Origin: Octopus bimaculoides
Taxonomy: Eukaryota
DNA length: 39,262 nt
Direction: 5' to 3'
Assembly (NCBI RefSeq): GCF_001194135.2
Contig: NC_068982.1
Location: forward strand, 127,327,840-127,367,101
Shown: positions 10,667-22,830 of the stretch, piece by piece
Numbering within the stretch: position 1 is the stretch's first letter
Layout of the letters: every line of letters starts with the position of its first letter
The notes under the pieces: model-generated
Database searches by the model: none
Seen by the model: only the letters and a program-made list of their open reading frames with translations
Told to the model about the DNA's origin: nothing
Program-made: the position numbers and the translations under genes

Positions 10667-11369
10667 GTAAGATTTGTATACGATTATGTTTCAACTTCCA
10701 TTTTATAGCTTTTGGGAAATCAACCATTGTCAACTTCTGTGTTGGTCTAAAATTTAAAAAGACAAATCTTGTATTATGCAGATTTGGGGTGTTGCATATG
10801 TAACGGATGCCTTATAGCCTTAGATTGAGTTAGTTAAGATTTCATCATAGCTAAAAATAGATTGACAGCTCCCTTAGTGAAAACCTTAAATTGGCACCCT
10901 TTTTGTAAATCAGCAGCAGAATTTCACCTCGCTGCTAACTATAAATGCAACACGGAACAGTAGATGGGCAGTCTGAATCTAGTTTCTGACACAAACATAC
11001 GAAAAGCAGTTTTAACTGCTATCAACTCAGCCAAGATATGCAACAACCCACAACAGCGGTTTTGACTGCTATCAACCTAGCTGAACCAAATACATGCTTT
11101 CTCCGCATATAACTCATAGCTAGTTATACACGTTTGTAATGTAGTGATATGTTTCGATGTCCGATCAACGCAGTATCATTTATGCTAAATAAATGAAATT
11201 ATACTCCGATTACCGAGTCTCTGCAGTTTATTCAAACCCAACAGATCAACTCACTATGACAGGATACATATCCACTACACATATAACAATTATAATAATT
11301 AATTAGGTGTTTTTGCTTTAATCATCAAAATAATATTTCTCATAAACAACATATGCTGGATTTGTGTGA

Positions 11370-11665
11370 AGGCACATGGCTTAGTGGTTAGGGTGTTGCT
11401 ATCACAATCTCTAGGTCATGGGTTTGATTCTCAAACTGGGCAGTGTGCTGTGTCCTTGAGCAAAACACTTCATTTCACATTGCACCAGTCCACTCAACTG
11501 TAAATGGGCAACCCTGCAATGGCCTAGCCTTCCAATCAGGGAGAATGTTGGCCTGCTCACCTAACCAATAATGTGGCATCATTCAAAAGCTAAGACAATG
11601 CAAAGCACATTGTGACCAGCGATGTATAACAACATCCGATAGTCTTATCGATCATGTGATCACAT
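11370..11665 (+). mobile_element. SINE family D (tRNA head plus CORE-like gtgtccttgagcaaaacactt)
   Basis: A box tggcttagtggt, B box gggtttgattc; 3' part repeated at 17500-17610. Confidence 0.75.
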
Positions 11666-11769
11666 AATATTGGATTTAGTTTCAGATATGATTGTTTCAA
11701 TGCAAAGTCATATCTTGAGATCATTCTTAGACTTATTTTTGTTATTTATATTATAATTTTTTAAAGAAA

Positions 11770-12922
11770 CCTTTGGGTATTTTTGCACTTTGCCTTTTTC
11801 AATGCAAGGACCCTATTAGGCATGTTACTGATCAGATGACATATTCTCTTACAGAATTTCTTGCCAAGTTTCATGTAGTAATCTCAAAAGATCTGGCTTC
11901 GAAGATGCTTTCTTGTTCTTTCTATGAAGTGTCATGTCTATTATGTCCCAGAGGTCTTCAATAGGGTTCATATTTAGTGACTTGGTTTGGCCATGGAAGC
12001 TTTTTAATGCCATTCTCATCCAACAAATCTTGGGTCATTTTAGCCATGTAACAAGGAGTCCCATCTGCCATAAATAGTCTTTTTTTATCATTTCACCACT
12101 GGAGAAGATTGGAAGGAGTCCTTTCTGCAATATGGATACATATTTATCTGAATTTATGTTTCCCTTACACTTCACCAGCTCTGATCAGCCATAGCTCAAA
12201 ATTATTCCACAGACTATCACAGAATAGCTGCTGTGTTTCATTGTTGGATGCAATCTTTTCACATGAAATTTTTGATCACAGAGTCTTCAGACCCACACAC
12301 GACCACTGTCAGGAAATACAGCAAATCTGGACTCATCAAAGAATATGACAGTGTCCCAAAATGCTAGTGGCCTCTCCACCATCTCACTGGCCCAATCTTT
12401 TCTCTGCTTGATGTTGGCTGGTCGAAGAAGAGGCTTCCTTCTTGCTGATCTGCCATAGTTACCAAGTTTGTGGAGATACCTGACAGCTGTTCTGGGACTG
12501 ACATCAATTTGTTCTGCTATGTCAGAGGCCTTGCAACGAGGATTATCCTCCATACTTCTCTTAACAAAGAGAAGGGTCCTCTCAGAAGGCTCTGGTTGAT
12601 CTGGGTGAGGTGATGTGGACCCCTTCCCTTCTCTGGTGAATTGCACAATCACTCTATTAACTATAGAAAGCAGGATCCTAAGGTTTTCTGCAATTTTACT
12701 CTGACTATATCCACCTTCAGAATGATCCACAATATGGCCTGCTTGAAATTCAGACAGTTCTGAGGCTTTTTTTTTTTGTTGTTTTTTTTTGTACATGGCA
12801 TGATTAAACAGTCACATATAGAACCTGAAACATAAAAATGTCAATTAATAAAAAATATAAACCTTTACAAGTTAGAATAAACATAAAACGATGTTTTATG
12901 GGGTGCTTATTTACTTCTGCCA

Positions 12923-12926
<4 letters not shown>
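11770..12926 (-). mobile_element. Decayed Tc1-family DNA transposon, antisense in the long nvd intron
   Basis: ORF 12287-12796 has HTH-like region, ARRKPLL and [12 protein letters not shown] (first catalytic D). It continues through stops and frameshifts to FMADGTPCY, LPWPNQ and MPNRVLAL near 11800. A Tc1-like terminus (cacatggcagaagtaaataagcacccc) sits at 12900-12926; the other TIR was not found. Confidence 0.92.
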
Positions 12927-12962
<36 letters not shown>

Positions 12963-13478
12963 GAAAAGCTGAACATTAGAAGCATCAGTTGTGGTGTGCA
13001 AGAGAGACNNNNNNNNNNNNNNNNNNNNNNNNNNNNNNNNNNNNNNNNNNNNNNNNNNNNNNNNNNNNNNNNNNNNNNNNNNNNNNNNNNNNNNNNNNNN
13101 NNNNNNNNNNNNNNNNNNNNNNNNNNNNNNNNNNNNNNNNNNNNNNNNNNNNNNNNNNNNNNNNNNNNNNNNNNNNNNNNNNNNNNNNNNNNNNNNNNNN
13201 NNNNNNNNNNNNNNNNNNNNNNNNNNNNNNNNNNNNNNNNNNNNNNNNNNNNNNNNNNNNNNNNNNNNNNNNNNNNNNNNNNNNNNNNNNNNNNNNNNNN
13301 NNNNNNNNNNNNNNNNNNNNNNNNNNNNNNNNNNNNNNNNNNNNNNNNNNNNNNNNNNNNNNNNNNNNNNNNNNNNNNNNNNNNNNNNNNNNNNNNNNNN
13401 NNNNNNNNNNNNNNNNNNNNNNNNNNNNNNNNCATACTACACTTCCTAACAGAAAGTAAAAAATGATTTGTTGCCAAA

Positions 13479-14060
13479 GGTGCAGGAGTGGCTGTGTGTT
13501 AAGTAGCTTGCATACCAACCACATGGTTCCGGGTTCAGTCCCAATGCATGGCACCTTGGGCAAGTGTCTTCTACTATAGCCTCAGGCCGACCAAAGCCTT
13601 GTGAGTGGATTTGGTAGACAGAAACTGAAAGGCGGCGAGCTGGCAGAAACGTTAGCATGCCAGGTGAAATGCTTAGCGGTATTTCATCTGCCGCTACGTT
13701 CTGAGTTCAAATTCCGCTGAGGTCGACTTTGCCTTTCATCCTTTCCGGGTCGATTAAATAAGTACCAGTTATCCCCTCTGTGTGTAGCCCTTTGTGGGCA
13801 GTAAAGAAGTAACTGAAAGAAGCCCGCTGCATATATATGTATCTGTGTGTGTATGTTTGTCCCCCCACCATTGCTTGATGACCAATGCTGGTGTGTCTAC
13901 ATCCCCATAACTTAGCGGGTTCGGCAAAAGAAAACCAATGGAATAAGTACTAGACTTTCAAAGAATTAGTACTGGGGTTGATTTGTTCAACTAAAGGTGG
14001 TGCTCCAGCATGGCCGCAGTCAAATGACTGAAACAAATAAACGAGCAAAATAGAGTAAAG
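13479..14060 (+). mobile_element. Full SINE family A interrupted by a family B SINE
   Basis: A head 13479-13631, B insert 13632-13810, A resumes at 13811; AACTGAAAG duplicated at 13623-13631 and 13811-13819. Confidence 0.9.
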
Positions 14061-14139
14061 TAAGAAACCAACAGTATTGAAGAACAGATAAATATATGAT
14101 CTTTCATTTTGAATTTGGGGTACCTTGTGCAGCTGTGTT

Positions 14140-14355
14140 TTGTGGTAGTGGTGGTGATGGCGGTGAGGGTCGTGGCGATGGGCGGGGGGGTATTGGCAAT
14201 GACAGCAATGGTAACTATAATGACACTGACAGCAGCAATGATGATAGCTGCGATGACAGCAGTAATGGTGGTAATAACAATAGTGGTATTAATAATAATG
14301 ATGGTGGTGGTGGTGGTGGGTGGTGGTGGGGTGCAACACTGTTATGATGGTGGTG
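14140..14355. repeat. Compound GGT/GAT/AAT trinucleotide low-complexity tract
   Basis: Degenerate triplet repeats; a similar CAT/CAC tract lies at 14738-14912. Confidence 0.8.
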
Positions 14356-14409
14356 GATGGGAAAGTCCTTGACTAGACACATAGCTGTTTTTTAAAATGT
14401 TTTTCAGGT

Positions 14410-14580
14410 GGAGGGGTCAGGGTCACCAGTTGTTTAAATCAACCGCTTAGTATTTTTTGTCAACCCTGGAAGGATGCAAAGCAAAATTTGGCATTGACAG
14501 GGTTTGATCCCCGAAAGTAAAGCTCCGTAACAAATACTGCAAGGTATGTTGTACAATGAATGCTCTACCGGACTCTATCA
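14410..14580 (-). mobile_element. SINE family B, diverged
   Basis: caaccctggaaggatgcaaagcaaaattt matches the reverse complement of the family B body. Confidence 0.5.
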
Positions 14581-14735
14581 ATGAACCACCATTGATCAGT
14601 TTCATGCTTTGTGTGTCCCCAGAACAAAACTACACTTGTAAATTTAAGATCAATAAAGCAACCATCAGTAATATATTCTGCTAATTCAGTTTAGGGTGTC
14701 TCCGCAATCTTCTAAGACAGAGCCTTGCATTTAAG

Positions 14736-14771
<36 letters not shown>

Positions 14772-15161
14772 CAACTAGCAGCAACAGGAGCAACAATAGC
14801 TGAACCACTACCACCACGACCATCACCATCATAATCATCATCACCTCTACCACCACCACCACCATCAACAACACCACCACCATCACTGTCATCATCACCA
14901 CCACCACCACCACAGGGCTGAAATATACACAGAAGTGTAATGACATGTGGGCCTTTGGTGATTTTTCGTTCTCCTTTGGGCTATGCTGGGGCATTGCTCT
15001 AATAGGATCCTTACAGCATGTATCTACCATATTCAGTCAAGCGGCATTGGTTTGGTCAAGGCACCAGTGGAAGATACTTATTCGAGATGCTGCACAATGA
15101 AACAGTACATGAAACCATGCCGTCAGAAAGCAACTTCTTTACACAACCATGACTCTGATGG

Positions 15162-15247
<86 letters not shown>

Positions 15248-15559
15248 TGTGCATGTGAGAGAGAGCGATTGCATTGAGTAAAAATTAATTGGTGGCAAGA
15301 CAATTTACTTCAAGGATTTGTATCATGTTACTGATAAAACACAGCCATCATTGTTAAAGGAGTGCCCAACCTTAAAATGCCAAACACTCAACAACCTTTA
15401 ACCCTTTCTTGTTCAAAACCTGGACATTATAAAATTATATGCACAGCTTAAATATCTTTTGTGAAATTCATCTGTGAATATGTATGAAAGATTACCACCC
15501 AAAACATTTCCAAGCTTTTAGCACAAACCTATAATTGAGTGATATTTCTCGGTCCTTTT

Positions 15560-15862
15560 CTGGTGCTGGTCCTCTGCTGGTGCTGGTCATTTGCTGGTGT
15601 TGGTCCTTTGCTGGTGCCAGTGTCACGTAATATGTACTTGTGCTGGTGTTGCATAAATACACATAAAAAGGACCCAGAATACTCCGTAAAGTGGTTGGCA
15701 TTAGGAAGGGCATCCAACTGTAAAGACCATGCCAAAACAGACAGTTGGAGTCTGGACAGCTCTCTGGCTGGAAAACTCCTGTCAAGCTGTCCAAACCATG
15801 CAAACATGGGAAAATGGACATTAAATGATAAAAATGATGATGTTGTTGATGATAATGAACTT
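15560..15862 (+). mobile_element. RTE 3' UTR fragment, diverged
   Basis: ggttggcattaggaagggcatccaactgtaaagac...ggacattaaatgat tail. Confidence 0.75.
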
Positions 15863-16114
15863 CATAAATAAAACTGGGTGCAGCAGAAAGGTTGCTCTGA
15901 TTTCAAAGGTTGATAAAAAAAAACTACCACATGAAGATATGGAAAAAACGATGCTCTCCATTTCAAGCTATGGTGGGTACTACTTGAAACAGAAAGAAAT
16001 GGTATTTAACGAACTTCATAGAAATGCAAAGTGTTTTCATGCATCTTCATGTGTTTGTTTATTATTAACCTTTGAAATTGGGGCAACCTTTCTGCCGCAA
16101 CCTGTATACACATG

Positions 16115-16345
16115 GTGAAGGCAAGGCTGTGTGGTTTAAAAGTTCACTTCCAAACCATGTGGCTTCAAGTTCAATCTCACTGCATGGCACCTTGGGCAAG
16201 AGGGGAAGTATTTTCTATTCTAGCTTTCAGCTAAACAAAGCCCTGTGTGTGGATTTGGTAGGGGGAAACTTTTATGTTGTTGTATGTCTACATGTATGTA
16301 CGTATGTATGTATGTATGTAAGTATGTATGTATGTATGTATGTGT
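16115..16345 (+). mobile_element. SINE family A head plus (TATG)n
   Basis: ggctgtgtggtttaaaag...catggcaccttgggcaag...gtggatttggtag. Confidence 0.7.
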
Positions 16346-16374
16346 TTCCTTGTCTTGGCATCACATCTCTCTCA

Positions 16375-16760
16375 TTGTTGGCACTCCGTTGGTTACGACG
16401 ACGAGTGTTCCAGTTGATCCGATCAACGGAACAGCCTGCTCGTGAAATTAACGTGTAAGTGGCTGAGCACTCCACAGACACGTGTATCCTTAAAGTAGTT
16501 CTCAGGGAGATTCAACGTGACACAGAGTGTGACAAGGCTGGCCCTTTGAAATACAAGTACAACAGAAACAGGAAGAGAGAGTGAGAGAAAGTTGTTGTGA
16601 AAGAGTACAGCAGGGTTCACCACCATCCCCTGCCAGAGCCTTGTGAAGCTTTAGGTGTTTTCGCTCAATAAGCACTCACAATGCCTAGTCTGGGTATTGA
16701 AGCTGTGATCTTAAGAGCACGAGTCCGCTGCCCTAACCACTGGGCCATTGTGCCTCCACA
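16375..16760 (-). mobile_element. SINE, family D-like head with distinct body
   Basis: Minus strand starts ggaggcacaatggcccagtggttagggcagcggactcg (tRNA-like); homologous to 4545-4710. Confidence 0.7.
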
Positions 16761-17171
16761 AAGACAAGCACAATATGGCTAAGCATTTTGCTGGGTGCTC
16801 TAACATTTCTGCCAACTCACCACCTTTGGCATCACATCATAAGCTGTAAAAATGTGTTACCATACAAGGGGTATCATCTGTTCTCAATCCTCTGCAAAGA
16901 CATGTCTGCATATTGGAAAATATCATCTTCCATGGAAACAAGTGAGAGTTGGTGACAGGAAAGGCATATGGCCATAGAAAACTTGCCATAACAAATTCTG
17001 GCTCATCCATGCAAACATAGAATGAAATAATTATAGTGGTGGTGGTGGTGGTGGTGGTAACACCAACATGATAGTAGTGTCTGAAAAGGGGGGAAAAAAA
17101 CCCATCTGTACATAATTTAATGTTAATTTTCTTCAGAAAATTTACCTTTAATTTTTTTTTATCTTTAACAG

Positions 17172-17345
17172 ATTGGACCAGCAATTGTCTACTTGGAGTT
17201 TCAGAGTATATTTGGTAAAGGAATATATATCCAGAGTGTCATTCCAACTGAACCAATGGTGCAGAAAGTTGTTCATAATATCTATGTTAGCAAAAGTGTG
17301 CCTACACTATTTGCAAAGTTTCTTTTATTAGCAGAAGCTATTCAA
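17172..17345 (+). CDS. nvd: nvd exon (catalytic domain)
   Basis: AG at 17170-17171, GTGAGT at 17346; 174 nt, phase 0/0. IGPAIVYLEFQSIFGKGIYIQSVIPTEPMVQKVVHNIYVSKSVPTLFAKFLLLAEAIQ continues the family QIGP motif across the splice. Missed by the ORF track. Confidence 0.94.
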
Positions 17346-17681
17346 GTGAGTACCATAAAAAATTGAATTAATTTGATATACCCGATTGTTAGATACACTA
17401 TAGAATTACAAGACAGAGTATCTTTTGCAAAAGATATATTTCACGAACTTTAATCTATAGATAACTGGCACAGTTATAAAGTTACTTATATCTTATACTT
17501 GACCTGCTTGTCTAACCAGTGGGTTGGCATAAAATGAAAGCTAAAACAATGTGAAGTGCATTGTGACCAGTGGTGTATAACAAAATTTGATTGTTTGGTC
17601 GATACTGTGATACCGAGATATCTAAAACTATTAGCCGAGCTCTGGATTTTTTACAGATCATTTTTTTATCACATAGTTATT

Positions 17682-18000
17682 GAGGCACATGGCTCAGTGG
17701 TTAGAGCATTGGGCTCCCAATCATGGGGGTTGTGAGTTTGATTCCCAGACTGGGTTACATGTTGTGTTCTTGAGCAAGACATTTTATTCCATGTTGCTCC
17801 AGTTCACTCAGCTGTAGAAATTGAGCTGCGACATCACTGGTGCCAAGCTGTATCGCTTTTGCCTTTCCCTTGAATAACATCAGTGGCATAGAGAGGGGAA
17901 GCTGGTATGCATGAGCAACTGCTGGTCTTCTGTAAACAACCTTGTCCAGACTTTCTAGGTGCAGTCCCATGGTCATTCATGACTGAAGAGGGTCTTTACC
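17682..18000 (+). mobile_element. SINE family D variant
   Basis: tggctcagtggttagagc, gagtttgattccc, gtgttcttgagcaagacattt; an inverted diverged head follows at 18005-18120. Confidence 0.75.
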
Positions 18001-18237
18001 CTTTTAGCAGCATGGAATGAAGTGCTTTGCTCAAGAACACAATCCATCACCCAGTCCAGGAATCAAAGCCACAATCTTACAATCTTGAGTCAAACACCCT
18101 TACCACTAAGCCATCCACCTCTACAGATAAATAAATCATGATGTATGCATATATGCTTTCTTTCATGACATATGCATTTAATGCTTTCTTAGAGATTTCT
18201 CTAAAACATTTGTTTTTTTTTAAACATAATAACCATA

Positions 18238-18650
18238 GGCGCAGGAGTGGCTGTTTGGTAAGTAGCTTGCTTACCAACCACATGGTTCCGGGTTCATTCC
18301 CATTACATGGCACCTTGGGCAAGTGTCTTCTACTATAGCTTCGGGCTGACCAAAGCCTTGTGAGTGGATTTGGTAGACGGAAACTGAAAGAAGCCTGTCG
18401 TATATATGTATATATATGCATGTATGTGTGTGTATATGTTTGTGCGTCTGTGTTTGTCTCCCCGACATCGCTTGACAACTGATGCTGGTGTGTTTACGTC
18501 CCCGTAACTTAGCAGTTCGGCTTAAGAGACCGATAGAATAAGTACTAGGCTTACAAATAATAAGCCCTGGGGTCGATTAGCTCGACTAAAGGCAGTGCTC
18601 CAGCATGGCCACAGTCAAATGACTGAAACAAGTAAAAGAGTGAAAAGAGT
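18238..18650 (+). mobile_element. Full-length SINE family A (tRNA head, CORE-like block, (TA/TG)n, tail)
   Basis: A box tggctgtttggt, B box ggttcattccc, accttgggcaagtgtctt (resembles the MIR/CORE word), tail ending aaacaagtaaaagagtgaaaagag. Confidence 0.92.
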
Positions 18651-18684
18651 ATAGTTTAACATAACTGAATTTCTTCTATTCTAG

Positions 18685-18852
18685 TTTGAACGTGACATCA
18701 TGATCTGGAACAACAAGCAGTACCAACACAAACCTGTTTTTGTGAAATCAAAAGAAGATTCCCTGATGATGAGACACAGAAGATGGTTCTCCCAGTTTTA
18801 TTCAGAGAATAGTCCTCGGATGACATTTCAGAAAGAAAGCCTAGATTGGTGA
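18685..18852 (+). CDS. nvd: nvd terminal coding exon
   Basis: AG at 18683-18684. [55 protein letters not shown] then TGA at 18850-18852. Contains the conserved ERDxxIWNNK (distal Asp iron ligand) and [12 protein letters not shown] motifs. Confidence 0.96.
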   Translation, partial: FERDIMIWNNKQYQHKPVFVKSKEDSLMMRHRRWFSQFYSENSPRMTFQKESLDW

Positions 18853-20321
18853 TCCAACAATTTCTTTCAGCAGACACTTTTCTTAACTAACCTAACATTT
18901 TCCTCATGTACAAATGATATGAACCGACTCTTATCATGTCTCTCTCTGACTCACCAAAGATGAGTTGTGATTTTATTGAAAGCAAGATATTAATACTTGT
19001 TCAACTATTTTCTCCCCCACCACCCTGCTCCACTTCCTACATCCAGGGCTCAGAGTAAAGTTGTATTTTTCTTTTTATTTAAATATAGTCCATTTTATTT
19101 TTTTATTTTTGGCTTTTATTTTTTAGTGAGAATTAATTACTTAATTAACTTCATCAAGTAATTTTAATATTTCATTTTTAAATGAAACTGTAAGATAAAG
19201 ATATATTTGGAGTGAATTTGTTGTCTTCTTCTGAAAAAATGCAATAGGGGGGGGGGGNNNNNNNNNNNNNNNNNNNNNNNNNNNNNNNNNNGGGGGGAGT
19301 GGGGAATATGAAAAATAAAGGCATGCATACACACACATGCGCACTCATACATTCATGCACACACACATATGCACAAATACCTAGATGATGTTGATAAAAG
19401 TTCCAATGAAGGAGCCTTGAATCTATGTTAGAGTCCGGCTCTTTCTCTATTGACAAGGAATACAGAAATGAAACTGATTGATAACATACATACATACATA
19501 CATACATACATACACACACAATTAATGAATAGAACGGTGAAAATAATGGATGTAAAATAAAATATGACAAATGTATTGAAAAGAAGAAATCATATTTTTT
19601 TGTATGTTCAAATTTATTTATTTTGAAATTCATTAGTCGGGCATTTTATATTTAAAAAAATAAAAATCAATTCTGTTAGATTTTCAAACTCACACAATTT
19701 TTCTTTGAACCTTAAAAAAATTAAATCCCCAAATAAAGGAGTTAATGGTTTAAGAATATCCAAACCCAAAACAGAACATATATCATGTTATTTCCCCATA
19801 TATTATATTGACATTTTGCCCCAAAGACATTTGATTTTAATAACCAGTTACAGGTACTTTGAACATTCATTTATTTTCTTGTAGTTAAAAAGTATAAATT
19901 TGGATCATTGTTAAGTGTGTAAAAAATACACTAAATATTTTACACAACTTAAAATATACCTTGCTAATTATTCTTTGAAAAATTGTTATTATTTGCAAGA
20001 ATATTATTGTATAAATTTTCAATAAAATTTATTTTGAGCAATTGAAATGTAATTATTACAAGACAAAAACAGAATAAAACATTTTTAAAAATTAAGAATT
20101 TCCTTCAAGAAAAAGTAACCAAATAAAAGAAGATTGTATCTTGTTAGTTGTGTGAACAAAATTGTGAAAGTTTCAGCTTAGCTCCATCATATTTTGAGCC
20201 TTCATCTACGTTTATATTTTCCTTGAGTCTTTCACTTTCAGCCATGTTTTAAATTGATTCTTCATTCACCAAATTTCTTTTCTAATACTGTATTTTTTTT
20301 GGAAAGATTTATCAACTATTA

Positions 20322-20483
20322 GGTGTAGGAGTGGCTGTGTGGTAAGTAGCTTGCTTACCAACCACATGGTTCCAGGTTCAGTCCACCTGCATGGCACCTT
20401 GGGCAAGTGTCTTCTATTAAAAGCCTCGGGCTGACCAAAACCTTGTGAGCAGATTTGGTAAACGGAAACTGAAATAAGTCCGT

Positions 20484-20525
<42 letters not shown>

Positions 20526-20742
20526 CATGTGTGTGTGTTTGTGTGTGTGTGTTTGTCCCCCCAACATTGCTTGCCAACCGATGGTGGTGTGTTTACATCC
20601 CCGTAACTTACCTGTTCGGCAAAAGAGACCGATAGAATAAGTACTAGGCTTACAAAGAATAAGTCCTGGGGTTGATTAGCTCGACTAAAAAGGCAGTGCT
20701 CCAGCATGGCCACAGTTAAATGACTGAAACAAGTAAAAGAGT
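20322..20742 (+). mobile_element. Full-length SINE family A
   Basis: Colinear with 18238-18650. Confidence 0.92.
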
Positions 20743-21094
20743 ATTAAAATTAGAAATTGTAGTTATACACACAAACACACATACACACACACACACACGT
20801 AAAAAAGGGAAATAAAGAAATCATATACATATTAGAGTATGTATGTATGCATGTGCTGTCTGTCTACCTCTCTATCTATCTATCTGTCTCTCTTTCTCTA
20901 TCTATCTTTCCATATATATGTATATATATATATACATATATATTTATATGTGAGTAAAAATAAATACAAAAAAAAGGGTTTTGTATGATCGTGTNNNNNN
21001 NNNNNNNNNNNNNNNNNNNNNNNNNNNNNNNNNNNNNNNNNNNNNNNNNNNNNNNNNNNNNNNNNNNNNNNNNNNNNNNNNNNNNNNNNNNNNN

Positions 21095-21345
21095 GGAAGC
21101 CAGGAGGCTGCACCAGGCTCCAGTCTGATCTGGCAGTGTTACTACAGCTGGATGCCCTTCTTAATGCCAACCACTCCGTGAGTGTAGTGGGTGCTTTTTA
21201 CGTGCCACCGGCACAGGAGCTAGAATAGGCTGGCAACAACCACGATCAGTTGGTGCTTTTTATATACCACTGGCATGGAAACCAGTCAAGGCAGCGCTGG
21301 CATCGGCCACGTTTGGATGGTGCTTTTTACGTGCCACCAGCACAA
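21095..21345 (-). mobile_element. RTE 3' UTR fragment
   Basis: cagctggatgcccttcttaatgccaaccactcc...gggtgctttttacgtgccacc with subrepeats. Confidence 0.8.
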
Positions 21346-22010
21346 AGTTAAATTTCATTGGAGATTAAACACATCCTAAAACTGTCTTTGAAAGACTTGA
21401 CACTTCCAATTCTGTCCATAAAAAAATATTTAAAGAATTTCATCCTGACTACGACCTTGCATATACCAAATTTCTCATCATGGTGGTGGTGGTGATAGTG
21501 GTGGTGGTGATATTGCTGTATAAATATCCATCAGACAATTTGTCTTGAGCAATTTACAAGCAATAATGAATACTACCATAAAAAAAAAAACAGAAAAAAA
21601 AGCAATGAAAAATATCGACAATGACTATAATGGATTAACGAAAAGCAAGAGGAGCAAACATTAAGTGTTTTCTATCACATGGCCATCAAAAATAAATAAG
21701 TAAACAAACCAATAAACAAATAAATCTCTCCATGAAAATTTCAAGTCTTAACAGTATATCAGCAAGGGTTGTTTCCCTTGACATTCTCCCCCACTCTCAC
21801 CAATATTCTTTTTTATACTTACCACAAAATTTGATAGATGATTTCTATTAACTACACCGATGCTGTTAGGAGAGAGAGCGAGTATTCTTTAAGATTCTCT
21901 CCAGATTAATATTCAAATGCAATTTGATATTTTATCTAAAATGGAGGCCTAATTATTACTTTAATTTAACAGAGACCTAAAAATATACTTTCAGATAAAA
22001 TTGCATATAC

Positions 22011-22106
<96 letters not shown>

Positions 22107-22124
22107 TATGTAAGTCCAGCTCAT

Positions 22125-22470
22125 GCATCATCGTCATCATCATTTAATGTCCATTCACCATGCTGGCATGGGTTGGACGGTTTGACTGGGCTGGCAGACT
22201 GGAAGGCTGCACCAGGATCCAGTCTGATTTGCAATGGATTTCTACGGCTGGATACCCTTCCTAACGCCAACCACTCTGAAAGTGTAATGGGTATTTCTAC
22301 GTGCCATTTGCATGACACTGGCATCTGCCCCGACTGCGATTTTGCTCAGCTTGATGGGTCTTTTTCTAAAGTACAACTTAATGCCAAAGGTCTTGGTCAT
22401 TGCCTCTGTGAGGCCCAACACTCGAGAGGAACTCAGCCACCTTGCCTCCATGAGGCCTTACAGGCATTAA
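22125..22470 (-). mobile_element. RTE 3' end with last ORF codons
   Basis: (GAT)n tail at 22125-22142; minus frame RVLGLTEAMTK matches the C-terminus of the RTE at 23531-23752. Confidence 0.8.
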
Positions 22471-22490
22471 GGGAAGATGATATGTATATA

Positions 22491-22830
22491 TCAGGAGTGG
22501 CTATGTGGTAAGTAGCTTGCTTACCAACCACATGGTTCCGGGTTCAATCCCACTGTGTGAAACCTTGGGCAAGTGTCGTCTACTGAACCCGGAACCATGT
22601 GGTTTCGCTTCTGTGCAGGTGGTATGTAAAAAGCACCATTTGAGCATGGCTGTTTCCAGCTTCACCTTTAGTCGAGCAAATCAACCCCAGGACTTATTCT
22701 TTGTAAGCCTAGTACTTATTCTATCGGTATCTTTTGCCGAACCACTAGATTACGGGATGTAAACACACCAGCATCGCTTGTCAAGCGATGTTGGGGGGGA
22801 CAGACACAGACACACAAACACACACACACA
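22491..22830. mobile_element. Rearranged SINE A / RTE chimera
   Basis: A head (+) 22491-22583, 21-bp inverted copy 22584-22604, RTE UTR subrepeat (+) to about 22650, A tail (-) 22660-22830. Confidence 0.7.

Noticed and set aside
14096-14372. Gly/Asp/Asn-rich or Val/Met-rich ORF in the nvd intron
   Set aside because: Degenerate trinucleotide tract with no domain and no convincing splice context.
15399-15415. TTAACCCTTTC as a piggyBac-type terminus (also AAGGAGTTAA near 19736 and GAGGGTTAA near 6927)
   Set aside because: No matching opposite TIR could be paired with any of them.
18853-20100. nvd polyadenylation site
   Set aside because: Several AATAAA hexamers occur in very AT-rich sequence interrupted by a gap; none can be chosen without 3' reads.
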